Source: an uncultured Lachnospiraceae bacterium (lineage in GTDB: Bacteria; Bacillota; Clostridia; Lachnospirales; Lachnospiraceae). Taken from it: 64,000 bases of DNA. Position 1 is the stretch's first letter, and each line of letters starts with the position of its first letter. This document shows positions 35,282-44,185 of this stretch, piece by piece. The notes under the pieces are model-generated. The model saw nothing but the letters and a program-made list of their open reading frames with translations. It was not told where the DNA came from and did no database searches. The position numbers and the translations under genes are program-made. The stretch is taken from NCBI GenBank assembly GCA_902767135.1, contig CACXGE010000066.1:5313-69312 (forward strand), in the 5' to 3' direction.

Positions 35282-36493
35282 TTACAGACTATCCAATCCT
35301 TCGTACATTGTCATCATTGGTGCTAAGACTGCTCCAACAATGGTTCCTACGATAGCTGCCAGCACAATAATAATCAGGGGCTCTAAGGCTGCCATCATGG
35401 ATGCTGTAGCGATTTCCACTTCCTCTTCGTAGTAGTCCGCCAGTTTTCCAAGCATTTCTTCCATGTTACCGGATTCCTCACCAATTCTAGTCATATGATA
35501 CACCATCGGTGGAAACAATCCACATTCCTTTAACGGTGTGGACAAAGGCACACCTGCGATAATGGCATCTTTTGCATTTATCAATGCCTCTTTAAAATAA
35601 TAGTTGGTCATGGTTCCTGCGGTGATATCTACTGCTTCTACCAGGGAAATTCCCGCCGCCACCATAGTGGACAAGGTTCTTGCCAGGTTGGCAGATGCTG
35701 ATTTAATGGTCAGCGGTCCAAGCAATGGTAACTTCAATGCAATTTTCGCCAGGATTCCCTCTCCTCTCGGTGTGGACTTAAACCATTTAAATGCAAAAAC
35801 CACTACCACAATTCCCAAAATCAAAACAAACCAAAACTTTTGTACAAAATTGCTGGCTGCCATAACCGCCAAGGTTATCTTTGGCATTTCCACATCCATA
35901 TCTTCAAACATGCCCATAAAGGATGGCACTACAAACTTCAGCATAATGATAACTACCACAACTGCCACAATACATACCATAGTAGGATAGATACTTGCTT
36001 TTTTTATCAAGCCCTTTAACTTTGCCTGACGTTCAAACTGCACCGCCAAACGTTCATATGCCACATCCAGACTACCGGATGCCTCACCGGCATTGGTCAT
36101 CTTAATCATGATTACCGGGAATACTTCCTCATTGGCAAGGGAGTCCGCAAAGCTTTCTCCCATCTCCACGCTTTTACACACATTAGTCAAGGTCTTGCTG
36201 AAAAACTTGTTTTCCGTAGCTTCCGCAAGCATTTTCAATGTCTCGATAATGGTTACACCCGCACGTTGCAAGCTGACAAACTGTCGACAGAACAGACACA
36301 AATCTCTGGTGGAGATTTTCTGTCCTATATTGATATTGATGTCTTTTTCAAGCATGGTGGCTTCGCCAATTTCAGTCAGATATAAATCTCTTCCTTTCAG
36401 CTCTACCTTAGCCTTTTCTATGTTATCCGACTCAATTTTTCCTTTAATCTCTTTTCCGGACTTTGATATTGCCCGGTAGGTAAATTCTGCCAT
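35282..36493 (-). CDS. pilC: Type IV pilus platform protein PilC (GspF family)
   Basis: 403 aa with two T2SS-F repeats, each followed by TM segments, directly downstream of pilB. Confidence 0.93.
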   Translation of the reverse strand: MAEFTYRAISKSGKEIKGKIESDNIEKAKVELKGRDLYLTEIGEATMLEKDININIGQKISTRDLCLFCRQFVSLQRAGVTIIETLKMLAEATENKFFSKTLTNVCKSVEMGESFADSLANEEVFPVIMIKMTNAGEASGSLDVAYERLAVQFERQAKLKGLIKKASIYPTMVCIVAVVVVIIMLKFVVPSFMGMFEDMDVEMPKITLAVMAASNFVQKFWFVLILGIVVVVFAFKWFKSTPRGEGILAKIALKLPLLGPLTIKSASANLARTLSTMVAAGISLVEAVDITAGTMTNYYFKEALINAKDAIIAGVPLSTPLKECGLFPPMVYHMTRIGEESGNMEEMLGKLADYYEEEVEIATASMMAALEPLIIIVLAAIVGTIVGAVLAPMMTMYEGLDSL

Positions 36494-36507
36494 GATTCTC
36501 CTCCCAC

Positions 36508-38205
36508 TTATGAATCAAATGATACACGGATTGCCTCCGACATAGAAGTAATTCCTTCTATCGCATACTCTCCGGCTCTCATTCTCAATGTTTTCATTCC
36601 ATCTTTCAATGCAACTTCCTTGATTTCCTCGGCATCTGCATTGTGGGCGATTGCCCTTCTCACATCCGGTGTCACTTCCATAATCTCGTACACACCGATT
36701 CGTCCTTTATATCCAGTGTCATCACATTTATCGCATCCACAAGGCCGATATAATTTCAATGGCTGGTCCTCTGTGTAGCCAAGCATTTCCTTCTCATCCA
36801 CATGAGCCTCATACTCTTCTTTGCAGTCCGGGCAAAGTCTTCGCACCAGTCGCTGTGCAATGATACCCACCACCGAGTCTGCAATCAGATAATTTTCAAT
36901 TCCCATATCCGCCAGACGGGTGACGGTAGATGCCGCACTGTTGGTATGCAACGTAGATACTACCAAGTGACCTGTGATAGACGCCTGTACCGCAATACTT
37001 GCCGTCTCACCATCTCGAATTTCTCCAATCATGATGATATCCGGGTCCTGTCTCAAAATGGAGCGCAACGCAGATGCGAAGGTCAAATTGGCTTTTGGAT
37101 TTACCTGTACCTGATTGATACCGTCAATATTTGCTTCCACCGGATCTTCTACGGTGATGATATTTACATCTTCCTTATTTAATTCACTCAGTGCCGTGTA
37201 TAACGTTGTGGACTTACCACTACCGGTAGGTCCTGTAACCAACAGGATTCCATGAGGGTTTGACAGGATATGGTCAAACTTTTTCAGCTCATCATCATTA
37301 AAGCCCAGACGTTTCTTTTCCAACGTCAATGCGTTTTTGGATGTCAAACGCATTACCACTTTTTCTCCATATACTGTAGGCAATATAGAAACACGGATAT
37401 CATACTCCTGTCGGTCTACCACCTGAGTAATACGTCCATCCTGTGGTTTACGTTTTTCTGAGATATCCATTCCACCGATAATCTTGATACGCGCCACAAT
37501 AGCCGCCAGCAATCTGGTAGAGTAGGTCATTCTCTCATATAATGCGCCGTCAATACGATAACGAATTCGAACCTGACGTTCCATCGGTTCAATATGTATA
37601 TCGGAAGTTCTCTGACGAACTGCCTGTTCAATCATAGCTTTTACCAGCTGTACAATCGGAGAGTTGTTTACGTCTTCATTGTACATTTCTTCGCTTTCTT
37701 CCAGCTTAGATTCTTTTTCCTTTTCGTACTCGCTAACTGCTGAATAAACTTCCTTTTGTCCAAAATGTTTGTCCAAAACAATATTCAAGCATCGCCTTGT
37801 GGTGATTACCGGTTCCACCTGCAGGTTGGTGACGATATTGATGTCGTCAATGGCTTCCATATCCAAAGGATCCAACATCGCAACACGAAGTACATTAGGT
37901 CTGTCCGGTGCAAACTCAAATGGAATCATTCCGTATTTCTGTAAAATGTTGCTAGGAACAAGCTCCAGGATTTTTTCATCGATTTTTACATTGGTCAAAT
38001 CGATATATTCCAAATGCAACTGTTCTCCCAGAACTTTTACAAAAGTTTCCTCGGATACTATGTTGTTGTCAACCAACACTTCTCCCAGTTTGCCTCCGTT
38101 TTGCTTTTGAAGTTCCAACCCCTTCTGCAATTGTTCCTCTGTGATGATTCCCTGATTAATCAGCAAATCCCCCAACCGTAATCTTCTTCTATTCATTATT
38201 GCCAT
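36508..38205 (-). CDS. pilB: Type IV pilus assembly ATPase PilB (GspE family) with an N-terminal MshEN domain
   Basis: Has Walker A GPTGSGKST, Walker B DPDIIMIGEIRD and a tetracysteine CPDC...CDKC. The N-terminal RLGDLLINQGIITEEQL... is an MshEN/T2SSE_N domain. The start is uncertain: the ORF track gives 38232, while I prefer ATG 38205, which has GAAAGG upstream. Confidence 0.93.
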   Translation of the reverse strand: MAIMNRRRLRLGDLLINQGIITEEQLQKGLELQKQNGGKLGEVLVDNNIVSEETFVKVLGEQLHLEYIDLTNVKIDEKILELVPSNILQKYGMIPFEFAPDRPNVLRVAMLDPLDMEAIDDINIVTNLQVEPVITTRRCLNIVLDKHFGQKEVYSAVSEYEKEKESKLEESEEMYNEDVNNSPIVQLVKAMIEQAVRQRTSDIHIEPMERQVRIRYRIDGALYERMTYSTRLLAAIVARIKIIGGMDISEKRKPQDGRITQVVDRQEYDIRVSILPTVYGEKVVMRLTSKNALTLEKKRLGFNDDELKKFDHILSNPHGILLVTGPTGSGKSTTLYTALSELNKEDVNIITVEDPVEANIDGINQVQVNPKANLTFASALRSILRQDPDIIMIGEIRDGETASIAVQASITGHLVVSTLHTNSAASTVTRLADMGIENYLIADSVVGIIAQRLVRRLCPDCKEEYEAHVDEKEMLGYTEDQPLKLYRPCGCDKCDDTGYKGRIGVYEIMEVTPDVRRAIAHNADAEEIKEVALKDGMKTLRMRAGEYAIEGITSMSEAIRVSFDS

Positions 38206-38254
38206 AATGACTGCACGCCTTTCTACGTTCATAGTTTCATAAAACTTTAGTAAA

Positions 38255-38283
38255 ATTTTAACATTTGCTTAATTGTTTCGCAA
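38255..38283 (-). promoter_or_regulatory. Candidate sigmaA promoter of the pil operon
   Basis: The minus strand reads TTGCGA-17 nt-TAAAAT. Phased T/A-tracts lie further upstream (38306-38330 and 38415-38451). Confidence 0.35.
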
Positions 38284-38520
38284 GTCTTTTCCTGTATCTT
38301 CCGTCTTTTTTTCGTTTTTTCACAATTTTTACCTGTGCTTTTCGTGCAAATCCACAGATTTTTCATACTTTAACTGTATTCATCTTATCACACTTTATAA
38401 GAAATTGCACTATCTTTTTCGACATTTTTCTATTTTTTCTAAACTTTTTTTCATAAATTTTCTAAAATTTATTCATAGATTATTCATTTTTGAGCCAGGG
38501 AACCGGGTTCGCAGAACCAT

Positions 38521-39384
38521 TTACGAAAAATACTTCTCCTTAATAATTTCCACCGGCATTTCTTTTCCTGTCCAGATTTTAAATGCCTCAGCTCCCTGAT
38601 ACAGCAGCATATACAATCCATTGAAGGTTTCACATCCTGCTTCTTTTGCCATTTTCAATAATTTTGTCTCCCTTGGATTATAAATCACATCCGACACAAT
38701 CAATCCCTCATGGAAGAAGGACTTATCCTTGATTATGCAGTTGTCTGTATTGGGCGCCATTCCCACAGAAGTACCATTGGTTAAAATATGGCTGTCTGCA
38801 ATGCTTTTCTTCAGTACTGTTTCATCTTCAAAATCGTAGAGACTTGCCTTACAGTTTGTTTCTTTATTGATGGTATCCACCATTTTCTGTGCTCTTTCAA
38901 AGAACTGATCCCGGATACTAAACACATTGATCTGTGCCACACCATCTAAGGCAGCCTGTACACAGACTGCGGTCGCTGCACCACCTGCACCCAGCAAAGT
39001 CATATTCTTTCCTATAATATTATGCCCCGCATCCTTTACCGCCTGCATATAGCCAATACCATCTGTATTGTATCCTTTCAACTTTCCATCTTCATTTAAC
39101 ACTGTGTTCACGGCACCAATCAGTCTGGCAGCAGGAGACAGTTCATCTGCCAGTTCACACATAAGATTCTTATCCGGCATTGTGCAGTTAAATCCCCGCA
39201 CTCCCATAGCCTTCATTCCCTCTACTGCCGTTTTTAGCTTGTCGGTTCCCACATCAAAGCACAGATATACATAATCTAAATCCAGCTGTCTGAAACCTTC
39301 ATTGTGCATCATAGGGGAAATACTATGTGCCACCGGGCTTCCCAATAAACCTGTCAATACGGTATGTCCTGTTATTTCTTTCAT
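38521..39384 (-). CDS. aroE: Shikimate dehydrogenase
   Basis: Has GLLGSPVAHSISPMMHN and the NADP motif LLGAGGAA. ATG 39384 follows GGAAGAG; the track start at 39390 is GTG. Confidence 0.93.
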   Translation of the reverse strand: MKEITGHTVLTGLLGSPVAHSISPMMHNEGFRQLDLDYVYLCFDVGTDKLKTAVEGMKAMGVRGFNCTMPDKNLMCELADELSPAARLIGAVNTVLNEDGKLKGYNTDGIGYMQAVKDAGHNIIGKNMTLLGAGGAATAVCVQAALDGVAQINVFSIRDQFFERAQKMVDTINKETNCKASLYDFEDETVLKKSIADSHILTNGTSVGMAPNTDNCIIKDKSFFHEGLIVSDVIYNPRETKLLKMAKEAGCETFNGLYMLLYQGAEAFKIWTGKEMPVEIIKEKYFS

Positions 39385-39435
39385 TGTCACTCTTCCTTTC
39401 CATACTTATCCTAGGGGGGCGCATCCCCTCACTCA

Positions 39436-39469
39436 CAAAAACAGGACAGGAACTTTTGTTCCTGCCCTG
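39436..39469 (-). terminator. Rho-independent terminator after efp
   Basis: The minus strand reads CAGGGCAGGAAC-aaaa-GTTCCTGTCCTG (12 bp, one G.U) followed by TTTTTG. Confidence 0.85.
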
Positions 39470-39480
39470 CCAAAACATTA

Positions 39481-40038
39481 CTATACTCTTGATAAGTATT
39501 CCCCTGTTCTTGTGTCAATCTTGATAACATCATCCTGATTTACAAATAATGGAACATAAACGGTTGCTCCTGTTTCCACAGTGGCTGGCTTTGTTGCTCC
39601 TGTTGCTGTATCTCCCTTAACTCCAGGTTCTGTTTCTGTAATCTGTAATTCCACAAACATTGGTGGTTCCACTGCATACACATTTCCATTGTAAGAACAA
39701 ACCTTAACCGTATCATTTTCTTTCACAAACTTCATGGCATCTCCCACTACATCAGCTCCCAATGCAATCTGGTCATAAGTTTCCATATTCATAAAGTTGT
39801 ATAAATCTCCATCTGCATATAAATACTGCATTTCTACTCTGTCGATACGTGCCTGTGGGAATTTTTCTGTTGGACGGAATGTCTTTTCTACTACTCCACC
39901 GTTAATTACATTCTTAAGCTTTGTACGAACAAAAGCAGCACCCTTACCAGGTTTTACATGCTGGAATTCGATAATCTGATATACATTTCCTTCAATCTCT
40001 AATGTTACGCCGTTTCTAAAATCTCCTGCTGAAACCAT
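39481..40038 (-). CDS. efp: Elongation factor P
   Basis: 185 aa, [43 protein letters not shown], a near-consensus EF-P. Confidence 0.97.
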   Translation of the reverse strand: MVSAGDFRNGVTLEIEGNVYQIIEFQHVKPGKGAAFVRTKLKNVINGGVVEKTFRPTEKFPQARIDRVEMQYLYADGDLYNFMNMETYDQIALGADVVGDAMKFVKENDTVKVCSYNGNVYAVEPPMFVELQITETEPGVKGDTATGATKPATVETGATVYVPLFVNQDDVIKIDTRTGEYLSRV

Positions 40039-40114
40039 TTATTTTTCCTCCTTAAAATGCCTAAGCCTTTTTCTTTCCTTTTCTCTTTTTCGTAGGCTCA
40101 TAAAACTCCTTTAC

Positions 40115-40143
40115 ATTTTATACCATTACAAAGAATTTTTCAA
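40115..40143 (-). promoter_or_regulatory. Candidate sigmaA promoter for efp
   Basis: The minus strand reads TTGAAA-17 nt-TAAAAT, about 75 nt upstream of the efp ATG. Confidence 0.4.
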
Positions 40144-40151
40144 CTGTTTTT

Positions 40152-40709
40152 TCACCCATTATTTTTCCCATAAGGATAATCTTTTTTCATAACCACATTC
40201 TTTATATACCAAAAGGTACGTTCTTCTCCCTGTTCCTTCAACATCCACAACAGTTCCTCCAGCATAGCCCTTGATTCTGGATGAAGTATGGCATATGTCT
40301 TTCCTCTTTCATAATATTCCCAGGAATCGCCATCCGTATATTTCTTTCCATTATATATTTTGGACGCAGCCACTCTGTCGCAAAACATTTCCACCATATA
40401 CTTCTTGGGAATTTTCATTCCCTGCATGGCTTTGTTTTCTCCTATTCCATAGTCAATCCAATATTCATAATGATGTTTATTTCTTCCTTTATGGTGCAGC
40501 CAGGCCATGGACACTCCTGTCTGCTCCCTCTCAGCACTATTGGGGCTTCTGGTCCCTTGATAAAAAACACAACCCGGTACAAATTCTGTCAGTGAATACT
40601 TTGACATATCGTGCATAATCCCTTGAAAATAGAGACCAACCCGAAAGCAATGGCGCATCACCATAATTTTATGCCTTGTAATCGTCTTTAAATGTCCCCA
40701 GATATTCAT
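40152..40709 (-). CDS. Conserved hypothetical protein (DUF5662-like by recollection)
   Basis: MNIWGHLKTITRHKIMVMRHCFRVGLYFQGIMHDMSKYS...WLHHKGRNKHHYEYW. ATG 40709 follows AGGTGAAGGTGAA. The 18-codon Gly-rich extension in the ORF track is unlikely to be real. Confidence 0.7.
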   Translation of the reverse strand: MNIWGHLKTITRHKIMVMRHCFRVGLYFQGIMHDMSKYSLTEFVPGCVFYQGTRSPNSAEREQTGVSMAWLHHKGRNKHHYEYWIDYGIGENKAMQGMKIPKKYMVEMFCDRVAASKIYNGKKYTDGDSWEYYERGKTYAILHPESRAMLEELLWMLKEQGEERTFWYIKNVVMKKDYPYGKNNG

Positions 40710-40793
40710 TTCACCTTCACCTCTGCCTTGTGTATTGCCATGCCCTTTTCCCGAACCACCCACATTACTTTTTATCCGGAAGCTATAAAACCG

Positions 40794-41288
40794 CTACTTT
40801 TTTCTATGATAAAAGAACAGCACAATTTTTTCTAAATATCGTTTCAATACAATCTGAATTTCTTCATGCTTTGCAATGGGCTTTACCAGATAGGTAGGAA
40901 TCCCTGCCCGGTTTCCGCCGTACACATCGGTGAACAACTGGTCACCTGCAAATATGGTGTTTTCCTTGTCACATCCCATAAGTTCCATTGCTCTTTCATA
41001 GCCCTTTACAGAGGGTTTCCCTGCTTTGTGGATATACTTTACCTGTACATCCTTATTAAATAACTGCACTCTTTCTTCCTTATTATTTGACAGGAGACAA
41101 ATCTGATACCCAATTATCTTTAATTTTTCTAGCAAAGAGATAATCTCCGCCGTGGCCGGTGCATCGTGTTCTGTCAAAGTATTGTCAATATCATAGATAA
41201 TCCCTCTGCATCCTTGTTTATACAAATTTTCATAAGGGATATCATACACGCTGTCCACTTCATAAGTGGGGTAGAATTTTCTCAACAT
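40794..41288 (-). CDS. yqeG: YqeG-family HAD-IIIA phosphatase
   Basis: 164 aa with HAD motifs IIYDIDNTL, LLSNN and AGDQLFTD. Confidence 0.88.
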   Translation of the reverse strand: MLRKFYPTYEVDSVYDIPYENLYKQGCRGIIYDIDNTLTEHDAPATAEIISLLEKLKIIGYQICLLSNNKEERVQLFNKDVQVKYIHKAGKPSVKGYERAMELMGCDKENTIFAGDQLFTDVYGGNRAGIPTYLVKPIAKHEEIQIVLKRYLEKIVLFFYHRKK

Positions 41289-41350
41289 TTTCTGTTCCTT
41301 TTACACTTCATTACTCGTTACAGCACACAGATATCTGCGTACTGTAACCA

Positions 41351-42847
41351 CTATTCTGTCATTTCCGGTAGCTTCTTTTCTGCACAGTTGACAAATTTTT
41401 TCACCTGTGCGTTTGCCTTCGGAATTGGAATGTTGGTTCCTGCTCCACCAACACAACCTCCCGGGCATCCCATCCCTTCAATGAGACAGCCATTTTTCTT
41501 ACCCGCCTTTGCCAGTGCAAGAATCTTCTTACATTCACTTAGGCCTTCCGCGTGTTCAATATGCACCTCCACTTCAGGATAGTACTCCTTAATGCAGGCT
41601 TCTATAGCACCGGCTACACCTCCGGCTACTGCATATCCTCGACCTGCCGAGGTTGCATCTTTGATTTCATCACTTTCATCCGTCTCCAGCTCCGAAAGCA
41701 CAATCTCCTTAGCTTCAAACATACCATCTAATTCTTCAAAGGTAATCACAAAATCCACTTCACTTCTCACCGTTTTTCTTGATGCCTCCAGTTTCTTCGA
41801 GGCACAAGGTCCGATAAATACCACCTTAGCATCCGGATGTTCTTCCTTTACTTTTCTGGCGGTGGCAACCATCGGTGTCAGCTCATTGGAAATACTTTCC
41901 ATGGTTTCCGGGAAGAACTTTTTGGCTAAAACCGACCAGGATGGACAGCAGGACGTGAGAAGGAAAGCCGGGTCCCCGCTCTCAATCATATGAACATAGT
42001 GTTTTGCCTCTGCCATTGCTCCCATATCTGCACCAATTGCCACTTCATAAACCCCGGCAAATCCAAGTTGTTTTAATCCTTCCTTTATCTGAGCCGGAGT
42101 TACGTTTTCTCCAAACTGTCCCACAAAGGCAGGAGCTATAATAGCAATCACTTCCACTTCCGACTGTATGGCACGAATCAACTGAAAAATCTGGGACTTG
42201 TCCGCAATGGCTCCAAAAGGACAATGCACCATACACATACCACATTTTACACATTTGTCATCATCAATACAGGCTCTTCCGTATTCATCACTCTGAATCG
42301 CATTCACACCACAGGCCAGTGCACAAGGACGAACCTGTTTTGAAATCGCATCATATGGACACACCTGCTTGCACTTTCCGCATTTCACACATAAATCCTG
42401 GTTGATGTAAGACCTTCCATCCACAAAAGAGATGGCTTGTCTGGGACACACCTTTGCACAAGGATGAGCAGTACAGGCCTTACACTGGTCTGTCACAACA
42501 TATTTATTCTCAGCGCAGGCATTACACGCCGATGGAATCACCTGCATTAATGGTGGTTCATAGTATTTCTCTGCGATATCGCTTTCATCCACTCCCTGGG
42601 TGGCGTGCACCGGTTTATTTTCCGGTCTCAGGGACAACCCCATAGCCAGACGAAGTCTTTCCCTTGTCACTGCCCGCTCCCGATATATATTTTCCCAGAA
42701 TCTCGGAGTATCTGCATCAGATAGTTTGTAAGGAAGAGCTTCCAAATCATCAATAATATTTTCTGAATGATAGGCCAAATTTGCAACTTCTTTAAAAATC
42801 TGTTTTCTTGTTTTCCTTACTTCTGTATCCAGTCCTCGTATACTCAT
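41351..42847 (-). CDS. [FeFe]-hydrogenase catalytic subunit family protein with N-terminal ferredoxin-like clusters
   Basis: H-cluster motifs are present: L1 TSCCPSW, L2 GPCASKKLE, L3 MGCPGGCVGGAG. Upstream are CxxCxxCxxxCP-type 4Fe-4S motifs (CVKCGKCKQVCP, CVKCGMCMVHCP) and a ~100-aa N-terminal region I cannot assign. Confidence 0.85.
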   Translation of the reverse strand: MSIRGLDTEVRKTRKQIFKEVANLAYHSENIIDDLEALPYKLSDADTPRFWENIYRERAVTRERLRLAMGLSLRPENKPVHATQGVDESDIAEKYYEPPLMQVIPSACNACAENKYVVTDQCKACTAHPCAKVCPRQAISFVDGRSYINQDLCVKCGKCKQVCPYDAISKQVRPCALACGVNAIQSDEYGRACIDDDKCVKCGMCMVHCPFGAIADKSQIFQLIRAIQSEVEVIAIIAPAFVGQFGENVTPAQIKEGLKQLGFAGVYEVAIGADMGAMAEAKHYVHMIESGDPAFLLTSCCPSWSVLAKKFFPETMESISNELTPMVATARKVKEEHPDAKVVFIGPCASKKLEASRKTVRSEVDFVITFEELDGMFEAKEIVLSELETDESDEIKDATSAGRGYAVAGGVAGAIEACIKEYYPEVEVHIEHAEGLSECKKILALAKAGKKNGCLIEGMGCPGGCVGGAGTNIPIPKANAQVKKFVNCAEKKLPEMTE

Positions 42848-42959
42848 GCTGTCTCCTCCTAATCTGACATTTCAACTCATGTATCGTTAATTATTTCACA
42901 ACGTTATTAAATCATATAACCCTACGTTCGTCAAGAAACACTTAAAATATTATGACCTA

Positions 42960-44099
42960 TTATAATACGTATGTTTTCAAATACTCCAGACTTTTTTCCT
43001 TTTCCTCTGCGATTTTTTCGTTTACCGGAACATAATCGATATCCTCATCCATCATCCGCTCCAGCTCATTCATATCATTGATCGCCCTGTCAGAGAGTCC
43101 GAATCGCTCCAGCAAGTCCTGAAGTTTGTTGGAATTTCCATATACTTTTCCTGTGCCTTCTCTCACCAGAGTAACAAATTTCTTGTTAAACTTTATCGAG
43201 AACACGCTTCCATGAAAGGTATCCGTAATAACATAATCTGCATTCTTCACATAGGATAATACCTCAAATGGATTGGCCTTAACAAATTCTCCTAAATAAC
43301 TTTGCAATCCGGCCAGGGTAATAATCTTTTTCTGTCTCTTTTTTGCAAACGCAATGATTGCCCTGGCTTCCTGCTGATTTATTCGATTCCAATAGGAATA
43401 CACTACAATATAATCTTTCAAATCCACTGACTCTTTCATTTCTTGAGAGTAATCATACAAAAAAACCGGATCCACATGATAGTAGGGATGGATGCCAGTC
43501 AACTTTTCAGTCAACTCTACAGATTTTGCATCTCTCACCGATATCGCCGCCATATTTTTCAGGTATCCGGCAATCTCATCCTCGATTCCGTATTGTTTCA
43601 GACCTTCCCCAGTGGTATTGCCAAAAGTCGCTGCATAGCTGATTACCTTTTTTGCTCTGCTTTCCGCTCCAAAAAGTTGGGGAGAATACCCCACTTCATC
43701 ATTTGGTTGGAGACAATTAAACACTTCGTCACTTCCAATCACCAACACGTCCAATTTGGGGCGGTATAAAAATTTCTTACCTACCCCGAGAAGAGGAAGC
43801 ATTTCCTTTTCATATTCTTCATAAGTCTTTACATAATTATCTAACTGTTTTTTCATTTGAAACTTAAATTTTTTCCTTGGAACTTTAATAAAATCACAAG
43901 CTTTTTTTACAAGTTTCTTCTTTGCTTTTATAAATTTACCCTCTTCATCCGGTGTCTCACCCACCAAGTTTCTCCCCACCTCGTAATCCACAAATACTAC
44001 CTCATGTCCTAGCTGTTCTAAAGTTCTTTTCAAACTATAGGACTGCAAATACGAACCATTATTATTGATACGCTGCATAGACATAATTCCAACTTTCAT
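42960..44099 (-). CDS. Polysaccharide pyruvyl transferase family protein
   Basis: MKVGIMSMQRINNNGSYLQSYSLKRTLEQLGHEVVFVDY is the typical N-terminus of PS_pyruv_trans proteins. ATG 44099 follows GGAGGAAAC. Confidence 0.8.
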   Translation of the reverse strand: MKVGIMSMQRINNNGSYLQSYSLKRTLEQLGHEVVFVDYEVGRNLVGETPDEEGKFIKAKKKLVKKACDFIKVPRKKFKFQMKKQLDNYVKTYEEYEKEMLPLLGVGKKFLYRPKLDVLVIGSDEVFNCLQPNDEVGYSPQLFGAESRAKKVISYAATFGNTTGEGLKQYGIEDEIAGYLKNMAAISVRDAKSVELTEKLTGIHPYYHVDPVFLYDYSQEMKESVDLKDYIVVYSYWNRINQQEARAIIAFAKKRQKKIITLAGLQSYLGEFVKANPFEVLSYVKNADYVITDTFHGSVFSIKFNKKFVTLVREGTGKVYGNSNKLQDLLERFGLSDRAINDMNELERMMDEDIDYVPVNEKIAEEKEKSLEYLKTYVL

Positions 44100-44185
44100 T
44101 GTTTCCTCCATTCTTGTGCACTATACGCTGTTTACTATCTAATATTCTCATAATTACGCTTTGGCTACTGGTAACTGTTACTTTT

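Noticed and set aside
36508-38232. A PilT/PilU retraction ATPase somewhere in the locus.
   Set aside because: Only one GspE-family ATPase is present, and it has the PilB-type N-terminal MshEN domain and zinc tetracysteine motif. No second, roughly 350-aa, Walker-A hexameric ATPase ORF exists in the window. A pilT elsewhere in the genome cannot be excluded.
38233-38520. A c-di-GMP riboswitch (GEMM-I/II) upstream of pilB or pilA, as in the Clostridioides difficile pilA1 leader.
   Set aside because: The spacer is AT-rich with T-tracts. I could not find the conserved GEMM helices, the tetraloop-receptor elements or the ACGCACAGGGCAAACC-type core. Only a vague GCACGAAAAGCACAGG resemblance is present. 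This needs cmscan to be certain.
13391-39429. The inverted 17-nt copies interpreted as terminal inverted repeats of a 26-kb mobile element or genomic island.
   Set aside because: Similarity does not extend beyond 17 nt. The motif is itself a near-palindromic hairpin, so orientation carries little meaning. No recombinase or target-site duplication is visible. I kept it only as a low-interest observation.
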